A stretch of DNA of 64,000 nt from the human T2T-CHM13v2.0 reference genome, Homo sapiens: NCBI RefSeq assembly GCF_009914755.1, contig NC_060929.1; one strand, written 5' to 3'. Below are positions 13,936 through 27,172 of the stretch, piece by piece; positions within the stretch are counted from its first letter, which is position 1, and the number at the start of each line of letters is the position of its first letter. A model generated the notes under the pieces. That model had not been told where the DNA came from. It saw nothing but the letters and a program-made list of their open reading frames with translations, and ran no database searches. Made by a program: the position numbers and the translations under genes.

Positions 13936-13983
<48 letters not shown>

Positions 13984-14654
13984 CATATACAGATATGTAT
14001 TCTGACTTGCACATACCTTAGGTCTATCTGGCTAGAGAGTGAGAGCCATAACTTTAGCTTTCACTCCTCCATGCCATTTTACCTTATCGAAAGGATTTTG
14101 GGGGTATTGCCTCATCAGTTGGACCCTTATTCCAAGACATCTTAATCCATCCAAAGCTTTTAACAATGTATGACAACCATACTCTTGATTTGCTATTTGC
14201 CATGAGGATGGGTTTATTCAGCCTTCGTTGTCCAATTTTCTCTTTTACAAGTTGAGTTTGAGAAGCAGTAGTCTCTTCCAAACCCACAAGTCTCTCCAAA
14301 TTTCTGGACTCCCTCTCTTCCCTTGTACTCCTGCTTGCACTGACCAGTTTTTTCCTGAGCTTGCCGTGAATAATCAATAGCAACCAACACATGCTACTAA
14401 GATTCTTTTTTCAACCTCTTTTCATAAGGTTACAAATGATAAATGATTTGCCTTCAAAATCATTAGGTAAATGATTTGCCTTCAAAGCTATTCCAACCAA
14501 CATTCTTACCAAATGTTTTGCCACTGTATAATATGAATCACCATCATTCTAGCCTCTGACAAGTTTATTTGCCACCTTCTATTAAGCAGCTAGGCCAATG
14601 CTACCTATTTCATAGTTTTGTTATGCCGACTCCCTCTTCTTAGGTCCTAATTTC
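13200..14654 (-). mobile_element. ERVL-MaLR internal (MLT1-int-like) remnant
   Basis: Abuts the MLT1 LTR through TTTTGTTATG..CTTCTTAGGTCCTAATTTCTGT junction; TTACCAAATGTTTTGCCACTGTATAA motif. Confidence 0.55.
13802..13995 (+). repeat. Compound microsatellite (CT)n(TA)n(TG)n(CA)n(TA)n containing a 29-bp perfect inverted repeat
   Basis: Direct reading; arms at 13886-13914 and 13923-13951. Confidence 0.95.
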
Positions 14655-15062
14655 TGTGTTTGATGGGATAAATTAGGTTACGCTATGGGAACAAACTCTC
14701 AATGTTAATAAAAGTTGATTTCCTAGCTGACATGAAATATCAATGCAGGTTGGCAGAGGGACTCTGCTCATCATTTTCACTCAGGGATAAACCTGACAGG
14801 GCTACATCTTAGCAGGTACTTCTACAATTACAGTAGAAAGAAGGAAATGTGGAGAACCACTAACTGGCACTGGCTCTTTACATTTCTGCCTGGAAGTGGC
14901 ACATATCAGGTCCACTCATGAATTTTTAGCCAAGTAGGTTACAAGGCCAAGATTAACTTCAGGAGTAGAGGGAGTATTATTATCTGTTTTCACATCATTG
15001 TCTATTTTCACAGGCAAGGAGGGCTAGAAATACTCAGTGAACAATCAATAATGACCACCACA
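14655..15062 (-). mobile_element. MLT1 (I/J-like) MaLR LTR
   Basis: GGACTCTGCTCATC..ACTCAGGGA, TTCTGCCTGGAAGTGGCACATATCA, AGAAATACTCAGTGAACAATCAATAATGACCACCACA terminus. Confidence 0.75.
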
Positions 15063-15079
15063 GTTACTGTGCCTTTCCA

Positions 15080-15165
15080 TTCACCCTCCTCCCCTCCTTT
15101 CCTCCGCCTATTCTCCCTTCTCCTTCCCCTTCCTTATGCTCCTCTTTTTCCCTCAGCTATCTCTC
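15080..15165 (+). repeat. CT-rich low-complexity polypyrimidine tract
   Basis: Direct reading. Confidence 0.8.
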
Positions 15166-16416
15166 TAAAGGTCTTGAGTTGACTTTAATAAAACTTTTAA
15201 CATCTTTTTCTATCCCAGCCTCAAGTTCCCTCATATACTAATCACCAATATAAACAGGCTTGCAATTCACATGTACTAAAGCGAAAATTCCTGGAGTTGC
15301 GTAAAAAGTATCAGAAACAAATGTGAATAGGCTCCAATTTTACTTAAAGAAAACCTGCAACTTGGCAGTTTGTTCAGATTCCTGGAGAGAAAGAATTCAT
15401 TATTATCCACTGGGTCTGTTGTATGAGCCAAGAGTGAGGATGCTTCTTCCTTACACAAAATTCATATCCTGACCCTACATGAAAGTCAGGGTTGTTGGGG
15501 CTATTCTGACAAACCCAAAGCTATGAATTAAGACACTTTTACTGACATGTCGACCCAGGTATCCACACAAATGAATACTCCTATGAGCTAATCACAAGCT
15601 CATAGGGGGCTTTTAGTTATCACTTCCAGCCAAAGACAGTTACAGCTCAGTGTAAACTAACTGGGCCTGGCAGAAATGCTATCTTGCTCAAAAACGTACC
15701 ACTATTCCAGATGATCTGTTTGACCCTCTGTTAAAAAAAAAAAAAAAAAAAATTTACTTAACTTTGGGAAAAGTGGTTTAAGTGGTCTCATAAACTTTCT
15801 TCTTAAAAATTTACCCAAAGAAATCCTATTAAAGTATTCCCTTTAAATTCTTAGGGACTGGGGAACCTTGCAATCAAATTCATTTGTATCCAGCAAGACA
15901 TCAGCTTCTTGTGGTAGAGCCCATGGCTTATTTTGTAATGCAATGTTATGGAATAATTGTTTTAGGTCTTTTAGAACAAGACCACCACCAAATATGAAGA
16001 TAAATAACTCAGGTGCTAGTCTTGGTTGTTCCATTTTTGGGAGGTGAACTTTTCTAAGATAGGATTTCCTCAACTGCAGAGTATATTGGCTGAACTGGGT
16101 TATGGGTAGAGTGCATCCTAAGTTAATTTTCTGTGACTGTTTTCCCCTAGGGCCATCAGAACCCACAGATTTAACATTTCTACCAATCTTACTCCAAATT
16201 GTTCCAATACGATATCAAAGTTGAAGCATTTGAACATTCTTTCAATTAGTCAAAATAAACTCCCTAAAAGGTTATTTAAACACTATTTAATAAAAAAAAA
16301 TCATCATCATGACAACTCTCCTTCATGTCCTCCCCATCACTTCTACCCTACTCCACCACTGAGCCAACTTAGTACTGGACTTGCAAACTAATCTGGCCTT
16401 ACTTAAGCACTTTTGA

Positions 16417-16782
<366 letters not shown>

Positions 16783-18109
16783 TAAAATCATCTTCCTCAA
16801 TCCCCCACTTCTGGGCTGCCATGCAGAATGTGAGCAAGAAATGTGAAGGCTTATTTCCTAAGATGAATGCTGAAAATTTTTTCAAAGTGATCGTGGGTGG
16901 CTTGGACCGCCTCAGCTTCGAAACCCACTTTTTCCTGTTTTCACACTTGACTTTGTGTGTCACTGACCAGCAGGTATGAGAACTGAGGTTCCTTCAGCTG
17001 TGCCAAGTGCAGCCTCTTGTTCCTCCTAGCTCTACTCCAGTCCCCTATCAGTAAAGCTTTGCTTCAGATGAAGTCCTTCACTTACCAAAATTAACTGCTG
17101 CTGTGTCCAAATCTAGGTAGGAAAAAATTCACCTTTCTTTTTTCCTGCAGCAATCTTGCACTCTGAAATATCACTACTTCAGAAATAGACCCTCTCCAGT
17201 TCTAAACTGTTAGTCCTTACCTCTTCTACCTTAAACAAGATGTTTTAAAATAAAATATTTTACTTATAAAAATCCCTTTATAACTTTTTCTGATTTTTAA
17301 AAATGAAACCTATCAATTTTGTCTAGATTTTCCTAGAAAAATAATCATAGTTACACAGCTGGTATTTAAACTTCTATAAACCCTTACGTATATATTTCAT
17401 TGTATATATTTAAAACATTGTATATATTTAAGACACAACAACAAAGCACTTAAGAACATAGCTATTTTCTCTGAGATATTCGACCTATTATTTGGATATA
17501 CAACTATCAGAAAGAGGAGGAGTGCATGGTTATGACATCAACATTGGATATTCAGTTCTCCCGTAAATGTGGTGAATTCAACAGAAGAAAAAAAAGGAAG
17601 GAGAGAAGAAGGGATACCTTTACCTTACTAACTCTTTTCACTTAAAAAAATAAAGCCTCAATATTAAGATCACTAAAATTTATTTTAAAAAGTATTCCTA
17701 ATCTCTTTATACTGTGTTTTAAAGACATTCAGTTAGAAAGAGATTTAAATAAATACAAATATCTGCACTACTATTAGTTTTATTTGTTATTAAGTGTCAA
17801 CAGCTCAAACACTGCTTCTCACCCTGGGATTCTACCCCAGGTTTGGACAGACTCCTCTTTTAACTTGCCCTGAATTAACCTGGAGACCAAAGTTTGCCTG
17901 GGTGTCTTCACACTTCTAGTTCCTCTAGAGTTGCTTTATATGAAAAGCCCTTACAAACTGCTTTCATAATGTCAAATCATCCTTCTCCCAGTTTTTTTTT
18001 TTTCATTTAAAAAAGAGACCTAGCTAATTTAAAATTAGTCCTAAATAATGTATTTAATTTCTTCATATAGAAGGAGAGCCTAGGCATCCTTTCTGCTATC
18101 AGCACTCAC

Positions 18110-18261
18110 CAGAGTGAGCATGTGTGAGCTCGCCCTGTGGGTGGCACCTGAGCTGCAATGAGTGCTCCAGCGTGCCTGACTCTGAGGCCCGAGCCCGTGC
18201 TGCACGTGTGGTACCCATGTTCTGGACAGCTTGCCCATCAACACCAGGCCTGACATCCTTT
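18110..18261 (-). other. Candidate spliced exon (probably non-coding)
   Basis: Minus-strand acceptor TCTATGTGTCTGTTTCCCACAG and donor CTG|GTGAGT bound a GC-richer, CpG-containing 152-nt unique segment in AT-rich flanks. Confidence 0.4.
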
Positions 18262-19459
18262 CTGTGGGAAACAGACACATAGAGCCAAATAGCATGTCTC
18301 GGTAGTCAGTCATTAACATGAAATCTCATGATCGCCATTTTATAAATACAAGACAGTCATTTCTACTTCTTTTTATCTTATTTGTAGCTTCAGCCTGTTC
18401 TTTTTCTGATTTAGATTGAGTAGGTCCTGTAAACAAAAGATTAGATACACAACTGATGTCTGAAAGAGTTTAGAATTATAAAAACAAGCTTTCTAAAACT
18501 TACCATTTAAAAATACATTGCATCATGAATTAGAAATCTCTAAACAATGATACAATGATCTCATCACCAAACAGGGATTTCCTGAGCCTTCCTGGCTAAC
18601 TCGGATGTTACTGAGAAATACTTCTTCCTTTCTCCTTATATTTCCCTCCTGTGAAGCATGCTAATCAGTGTAATCCCAGATCACTTGTCCCAGTCTCACA
18701 CTACTCCTAGGGACCAGGTAAAATGGGGGCAGTAGAAGGATGCAAGACTCAGCCCCCTTCCTTCTTCTGTACAACTAGCTTTATCTGAGGAAAGCATATG
18801 TTTGGCATAAGTTGTGTAGGGGGAGGCCTACCTCACTCTAATGCTAACTGGATTTGAACGGTTATGTCTGCCTAATTCTGGAGTTCAATATTAACCTGAC
18901 CATTTCAATAACAGACTTTATATTTGATATTTTGGTATCTACATTTTCTCTGGTTTTTTGCCAACTTATCCAAAACCTAGAAAGGCAAGAGGGTTTGTTA
19001 TGTTTTTAATGGGGGCACCAAACTTATGTGATACAGCATATACTTAGGAATTTAAAAGGTTCCCCCTTTAAATAATACAAGTTTAAAAAACATGTATTAT
19101 TAGGCTTGAAGACTTTGTGGATAACTGGAAATAAATGTGCATTGTTATATTCTGATGACTAGAAGCACTCATCTGCAAGGAAATTGTCAGTAAATTATGA
19201 ATTGTGTTATATACATAATTCAGCATTAGAATGTTGGAAACGCAATCACACTATACAGATGATTCACACCTAAACCATGGTGCATTGAAGAAAACTAGTG
19301 TGCAAAAGAACTGATTTAAAATACATTGTCCTTTCTCATAAAAATAACGTTAGGGTTCAATTTGTAATCCCAACGTGAAAGACAATATCAGATAAATCAG
19401 AGCCCTGATCAGTAAATATCTATTCAAATAATTCAAAAGAAATAGGTTAAAAAGATCCT

Positions 19460-19735
19460 TTGGAACTACTCACCCCAAGTATATTCTATGAAACATGAAT
19501 CTATAAGATGTTTCATTCAATATAAAAAGTTTCCTTGATCAATGAAGCTTAGGGAATAAATTATGCTATTATCTCTCCTCCCGAAGCTTTACAATGTAGA
19601 CTAACATATTAAAGGCTCTGTGAAGCCCAGCATAATTTGTTTTAACCCAGCATTCATCAAACACGTCTAATTGCAGAACATTATTTTCAAGTAGCATCAA
19701 TTAATTCCCATGGAACACACTCTGGGAAATGTTAT
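19460..19735. mobile_element. hAT-Charlie non-autonomous element (MER112/MER113-like)
   Basis: Terminal CCATGGAACACACTCTGGGAAATG and internal TTTAACCCAGCATT motifs. Confidence 0.5.
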
Positions 19736-19766
19736 AATAGCAAGTATTATTAAGATGTAACACCCA

Positions 19767-20184
<418 letters not shown>

Positions 20185-20611
20185 TCATCAATGAATTTAA
20201 GTAGCAGCAAAATTTATATAATGCATATATCAAACATTACATTATGAGACTGCATAAAGACTGAGACTTGAGACTATCTGGGCACTTTACATGTATAAAA
20301 TCCATTCACCTCACCAGCAATCACTGAGGTGGGGACACTGGAACGAACTTGACTCTGTCTTCCAAGGACCTTCATTGCATTCCTTGAGTTAGAATTAGCC
20401 AAGGATTTTCTCTCAGCTTTTTCCCAAGAAGGCCATCAACTTTCCTTCCTGCTACTACCACACCTGCCTTTCTAGTTGCCCAGATTGTAATGTCTCAGCT
20501 TCCCACCATCTGGATAATGACAGGCCATATAGAAGTTGTTAGTTGTCCACCTAACTCTCTACTGCAGTGGGAATTTCTTTAAATTCCATCTGCGGTTATC
20601 TATTCTGAGAG

Positions 20612-20858
20612 TCATGGTTCCCAAACTGTTTGCCAAGGTGTTCTCGGATACTACAGTAATCTCACAGGTAACTTATGTATATTATTTTTTCATAAAGCTG
20701 TTAAGTTGTTAGGTATAAATACTTAAATTGTTTGGAGCTATGTACTTAATAAACACAACTGCTAGGTTTTTCTTTTGGCCTAGGCGTGACTGTGAAAAAT
20801 ATACTGAATCACTAAGGGCACTAAGTTTCTGAAAGTGAGAAAGTTTGAAACCATCTGC
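20612..20858. mobile_element. hAT-Charlie MITE (MER106-like)
   Basis: Ends CATGGTTCCCAAACT and AAGTTTGAAACCATCTG form degenerate hAT-type terminal inverted repeats. Confidence 0.55.
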
Positions 20859-22072
20859 CTCAGAGGTTTACAGAAAAGAAAATATCTAAGAGATTTCAGC
20901 CTAGGTAAGGAAACATTCATCCACAGATTTATCTCCCCCTTTTGTTAAAAAAAAAAGAAAACTAAAACTACCATAACAATGTTAAAAATCTAAAAAGTTA
21001 GTATTATATATGAAAAGATAACTCTCTACTGATATACTGAAACCAAAAAAATAACAAAGAAAGAGCTTTCTAAGTGTATAAAAACTTTATCTCTATGTCA
21101 GAGAAAATAATTCAATGCATTCTCCATTTTGAGTCTGAGGAATAAATAAGCCAACGAGAGATAAATACTCACTTTTAATGTTTTCAAGGAGAGAAACCAG
21201 TGAAAAGATGGTTCAACTCTGATGCACAGAAGCTGGATGGGTCACAATTGCTACAACTGGCATGATACCTATCTCCTGAAACCTGTTCTTTCTCCTTGGT
21301 TCTCTTCAAGGTCACAGTACCCTGCCACTCAGGCAGCTATAAGAATAGTCCCCAAGGAGTGTTAACATCTTTTAACTCTAAGCCACATTCCTCCCTAAAG
21401 AAAGTGTGCCTGAATTTGTGAAAGTCTGCATCCTGGAGCCAAGTACAGGAAACCAAGAAGCTAAGAAAATATTCCTGCCACTATTTCTATCTTTAATGCA
21501 TAGCTTTCCATTCTTCTTTAAGTTCTCAGGGTTAAGGAGCTCAAATAATGTAAGGAGAACAAAAATGAACAATAAATTATTGAGTTTAGTCTGCAAATCC
21601 ACCCAAGGCATGAAGATTTCCAGAACCCTGCCTAATGTCACCAGAGGATAAGAATCTTAATTACTTACTCCAGCAGTCATCATCTTCTTTCCATTCTCCA
21701 GCCTATTGTTTTTCTTCCCTTGATCAACTAGTCACATCCATCATCAAAGCCTGCTCCAATGACCTCTCTCTCCTTTTATCAGCACTCATGCCTATCAATC
21801 TGCAAATACTAGCACTACATTACCAGCTCGCTTCAAAGATTTCACCATGATCTTCTATAGGCATTCACAATCATCCATTTGAGTTCCAAATCTTAGAGAA
21901 ACTATTAGAAATTTTATGTATCATCTTGTAACCCAACCCCTTGATTCTTCAGATGATGGAAATGGGTAACATTAAATGACTTGCCTGGGTTCACATAGGC
22001 TCACACAGATTTGGGGAAATATAAGTGTAGAATGTATAGAATCTACCTCTTCTATCTTGCTATAGGACATAC

Positions 22073-22204
22073 TTTTTTCGTAGAGATGAGGTCTCCTTAT
22101 GTTGCCCAGGCTGGTCTCAAACTCCTGGGTTCAAGCAGTCCTCCTCCCTCCTGCCTCCTAATCCCAAGTGCTAGGGTTACAGGCATGAGCCACCATGTCC
22201 AGCC
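22073..22204 (-). mobile_element. FLAM_C / free left Alu monomer
   Basis: Single monomer TAGAGATGAGGTCTCCTTATGTTGCCCAGGCTGGTCTCAAACTCCTGGGTTCAAGC..GAGCCACCATGTCCAGCC. Confidence 0.88.
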
Positions 22205-23069
22205 ACTATACTTTTATTAAGTCTCTAAAATAAGCCCAAATATACACTGAATATTAATGCATTGTAGGGATCATTTATTGCTGCCACAGCACAGGGGGTT
22301 TTAAGAGGGTTCAATTCAGCTCCACGATAACACCGTCCCATTCAACTGATTGATCGGCGCCCCGCTACCATCTTCTGGTCTTGCAGATATGCTGGAGTGT
22401 TGTGATACGAGGATGGACGTTCACATGGAGTAAGTCAGTCACTGTACTGGACAGGTATGTCCCCTGATGGAAGGACACTACTCTAGCTGCCATTAATAAA
22501 ATCTTTCCTGTATGTCCATAGGAAGGAGAGTTAATCTAGTCTTTTTGGGCAGATGTGGACAGGGCACCCTCTGGTGACAGCTGACCAATATTGCAGGTCA
22601 ATACAAGAACCACAAAGATTCTGGGTGCTGAAACAATGACACTACTCTTCATAGTCTATTCTTGATGGACCTTTGTTTCCATGATAGAAATCTTCTCATC
22701 AGGAATTTTTCTTTACAAAAGTGCCTATGATCCCATTGTCCCAGAAGCACCAACCCCCAACTTTCTCTCGGGGCTGTGCTGTTAGGAAGCATGACCCAAA
22801 CCCATTCTTTTCCTAGGACCCATGGTCTCTCTCGCCAATTTAGAGGATCTTTCAGACACAGGGAAAATTTCTTCTCTATGTTTATCAAAAACAATTTTTC
22901 TGTGCCTATAAATTCCCTTTTCTTTAGTACATAAAAGGTGCCTTGAAAAGTGTCTGATACACAGTAAGCACTCAACAAGCGAGCGGTTATTATTCTTTCT
23001 CTGTAGTCTTTTATAATAGGCCTTGATAGTGCAAGGCCTTGATTACTACCAGATCTAGAGCCAATCAAA

Positions 23070-23320
23070 AACTAATAATATCTGATGTTAATTAAATATT
23101 TAGTATATGCATACATTGGTTTAGTTGCTTTATATGTATTAACTCACTTAATACCCACATCTATCAGAGGTAGGTGTAACTTTTATTCCCCTTTTATAGA
23201 TTATAAAATTGTAGCACAGAAAAAATAATTTTCCCAAAGCCACACAGCTAATCAGTGCTAGAGAGGGGATTTGAACCTGTGTGGTTTATCTCCAGGGCTC
23301 ATGCCCTTAATTATCACACG
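23070..23320 (-). mobile_element. MIR SINE
   Basis: ATTAACTCACTTAAT..TTTTATAGAT..GCACAGA..CCCAAAGCCACACAGCTAATCAGTG..GGATTTGAACC. Confidence 0.8.
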
Positions 23321-23866
23321 AAACAAACTTTCTAAATCTCCCTTTCCTTGAAAGCAGAAAGAACTTGTACTTTAGACCCTCAGTGAAGCAAAGAATGGAG
23401 TTAAGCTTATATTAAAACTATGTTCCTATTAGTCCACACATTAATGATGAGGGGCCCCAAAGTATTGCAGCATATAAAATATGCAATTCTACTTTATAAT
23501 AATTTTGAAAATTCTAAATAAAAATTTTTGGTTATAATAAACATTAATCCAACAGTTGATTAACAATACTTTGTATTGCCTTTTAGGATTCATAGTGTTA
23601 CAGAAACCAAATTTTCACAATGTTTTAAATGCACATTTATTATTTAAAAAATATTTTTACACTAAGTACATTGTTATATGTGGTTTTGTCCAAACCCTTT
23701 AACTTTTCCACTTTCCCTGAAAGAAAAGTTAGATGTGAAATCATTTCCCAGTGCATATTTATCAGAAAGTTTTATGCCTAAATGATATAATCCAATATCT
23801 AGAGTCATTACTTTGAGAAAAATATTGATTTTAACTGTAAATGCCTAGCATTAAAAACATTAATAA

Positions 23867-24272
<406 letters not shown>

Positions 24273-24499
24273 TAATCATATGTATTTTAACTCATGGCAC
24301 CTAATTCTGCTATTAGATTTAAAGACATGTCTATAATGCAAAAATATCAGCCTAGATACATGTGCACTAGCCCCTACTGACATTTTCAACTGGCAAGTTG
24401 TCAAAATAAGGCCCTTCCAAGGATTCAGAGTCCCATCAAGCATATGTGCATCAAGCATCAATGCCACAGCAGGCATTAGGATCATGTATCTGGGTTCTC

Positions 24500-24805
24500 C
24501 TGGTATTTTAGATGCTCAACAGGCCACACCAATGCAACATAACCTAAATTTCACGTGCCCTCTCCTCCCAAATCTCCTCAACCTCCATCTGCTCTGTTAT
24601 CATTAGCTCTGATGGCCATGGTAGAAACCTGTCAGATATGCTTCCCCTTCCCATCACTGGGTACCTAGCTTAACGAGGTAGAACTCACAAGTCACCAGTT
24701 CCTAAGGGTTATTTTTCCCTAAGAGCCCCCAAACTCAGCTTCCCTTGTCCTGATCTACCTTTGCTCAGATACTTGTAATTTCTACATGAATTTCTACAGC
24801 AAAGA
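24500..24805 (+). mobile_element. L2 fragment
   Basis: Pyrimidine-rich L2-like motifs (CCAAATCTCCTC..TAGAAACCTG..CAAGTCACCAGTTCC..TTCTACATGAATTTCTACAGC). Confidence 0.5.
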
Positions 24806-24831
24806 CCTCCCTGAGTTCGGGCTTATACTAA

Positions 24832-25128
<297 letters not shown>

Positions 25129-25574
25129 AATGATATTTCTTTTTGTGGAAAATATTATGAAACTAACAGTTGCACAGTATTGAAAACACCTGTGTAACAC
25201 AGAAGACATGTGAGGAAAAGTGAGTCTCCAACTCACCACACTTCAGCCCGCTTACTAGAGGCCATTACTTCTGTATCCATGAGAAAGTTCACACATGTTT
25301 TCTTTCTCTTTTAATACAGATGCAAACAAAATGTTGAACTTGGCCTTTCTGGTCTTCACCTCTCTTGGGACTGCTCAGGTAAGTGCAGGGCCAATGATCA
25401 GAACAGCCACTCCTTCAAAATGCACTTATGGTGCCCCTTGCCACTGGTCAACGATCTTACAAAAGTCAACTTCCTCCTGGACATGAAACAGCTTTAACTG
25501 AAGTGGTGAAAACGGCCTCCTTCCTTAGGTTTAAGAAGAGAGCACATAGAGGTGGAAGGTTTTTTCCTGGAGAG

Positions 25575-25840
25575 GCAATTTAGCTTATGGATTAAGTACA
25601 CAGACTCTAATTTGGACAATTCAGGTTTGGTTCCTGGTTGTATCACTAATACACTTTGTGATCTTCAGCACAGACTAATGCAGGCAGAGGTTATAATCTC
25701 TTGTGTGCCTTTGTTTCTTGTCGGCACAGTAGGAATGATAACAATAGTATCTACTTCATAGAGTGGATATAATGATTTAAAGAGTTAATATTTGTTATTT
25801 GCTAATAACAACGCCTGGTGTATACTAAGTATTATTAAAA
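25575..25840 (+). mobile_element. MIR SINE
   Basis: GGATTAAGTACACAGACTCT..CACTAATACACTTTGTGATCTT..GATAACAATAGTATCTACTTCATAGAGT..GATTTAAAGAGTTAATAT. Confidence 0.8.
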
Positions 25841-26789
25841 CGTCTGTCATGTAAAATTTAAAGTAGTCTGCGAAATGCATTATATAAACACATACCCTGA
25901 CTCAACGTGTTCCCACTCAGCTTTCTTACAACTCCTCCTCCACATCCTATCTTTGTAAGTAGTGGAACCACATGCAAAGATCACAAGTTACCAAATTAAT
26001 CATTTCATGGTGTGGGTAAAATTTCAGTTTAAATCTTCAGTATTTGGATTTCAAATTAAGTGTATGATTAAGCATTAATGGTGTGTGATGATAGTTAACC
26101 TTAAAATGGGAAATATTTTTACAAAGAAATCTTTATTCCTTGTGAGCCAGTGAAAAATTATTTATTATGTATTAAATTTTTGCTGCTGCACAGCAACAGC
26201 AGATTGATGAGCTGTTACGGGCTGAATTATTCTCCAGGTTAAAGGTGACTTTTGGTTGTATTAATCACCTAGTGTAAAACTAAAGTAGACACGAGAGAGC
26301 CTTGCTTCTGACAACCCCCTGCACAGCCCTGCCCAGCCCAGCCCAGGCCAGCTTACTCGTTGTGAAAGCCGGTTCTTTTCTTGAAATGTTGGGTAAACCA
26401 AGGTCCCACTAAGATTGTCTTCCTTCATCCTGTACTGTCCATCAAGGTTCCTCATTTACACCGACTTTAAGTTTGAATCAAAAATTAGATTGAAGTTTAA
26501 AATGTCATTTTAAGCCAAAGAAAAGCCAACTTATCATTCTGAAAATTCCTCATGTAAAGAACGCTCCCCTCAGGAGCACAGCTCCACGCCACTGACCTGT
26601 TCTTTCTCTTCCTCCCCATCTCCTCCTCCACTTGACTCTCTTATGTGGTCACTTATCCACAGAAATTGCTATCACCCTCACATTTTAAGTAAATTACTAT
26701 TCCAGTAAAAGTGCTAAATGCTGCCTAGGAAAACTGAAGCCTGTACTTCTCCTTGGTAATGAACTGTTTTCAAAGACAAACAATATTAC

Positions 26790-26960
26790 TTATTTTCATT
26801 TATCCAGCACTATACCAGGCTCCGAGGATACAAAAGCGAATAAGATAGAAATGGTTTGTGCCTTGACAGAGTCTACATTCTTCTGAGAGGGACAGATAAA
26901 ACAAGTTATCAGTCAACAAATATAATGCTCACAAATTATGATTCAATTAAATGATAAAAT
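26790..26960 (-). mobile_element. L2 3' fragment
   Basis: ATTTATCCAGCACTATACCAGGC..GGATACAAAAGCGAATAAGATAG..TGCCTTGACAGAGTCTACATTC. Confidence 0.65.
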
Positions 26961-26992
26961 CAAATGGTGTTTAAAGAAGAATCTGTACTTCA

Positions 26993-27172
26993 GAGCAAGC
27001 ATTCTCAACCTTGGTTACCACATTAGAATCACATGAGAAGCTTTCAATAATCCCAAGTCACATCCCAGCATGAATTATAAAATATTTGTGGGGTAGGATC
27101 AGGCACCACTTTTTAAACAACCACTTGGCTCCCAAGTGATTCTAAAATATAGCCAAGATTCAGTATCATCGT
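26993..27172. mobile_element. MER5-type hAT-Charlie MITE
   Basis: TTCTCAACCTTGGTTACCACATTAGAATCACATGAGAAGCTTT..CTCCCAAGTGATTCTAA..AGCCAAGATT. Confidence 0.75.

Noticed and set aside
13749-14145. ORFs rich in YI/HT/CV repeats (also 35520-36010)
   Set aside because: Translations of microsatellites
21173-21336. Minus-strand exon candidate (TTCTTATAG..AAA|GTGAGT)
   Set aside because: Weak acceptor and donor context; indistinguishable from background pseudo-exons without RNA data
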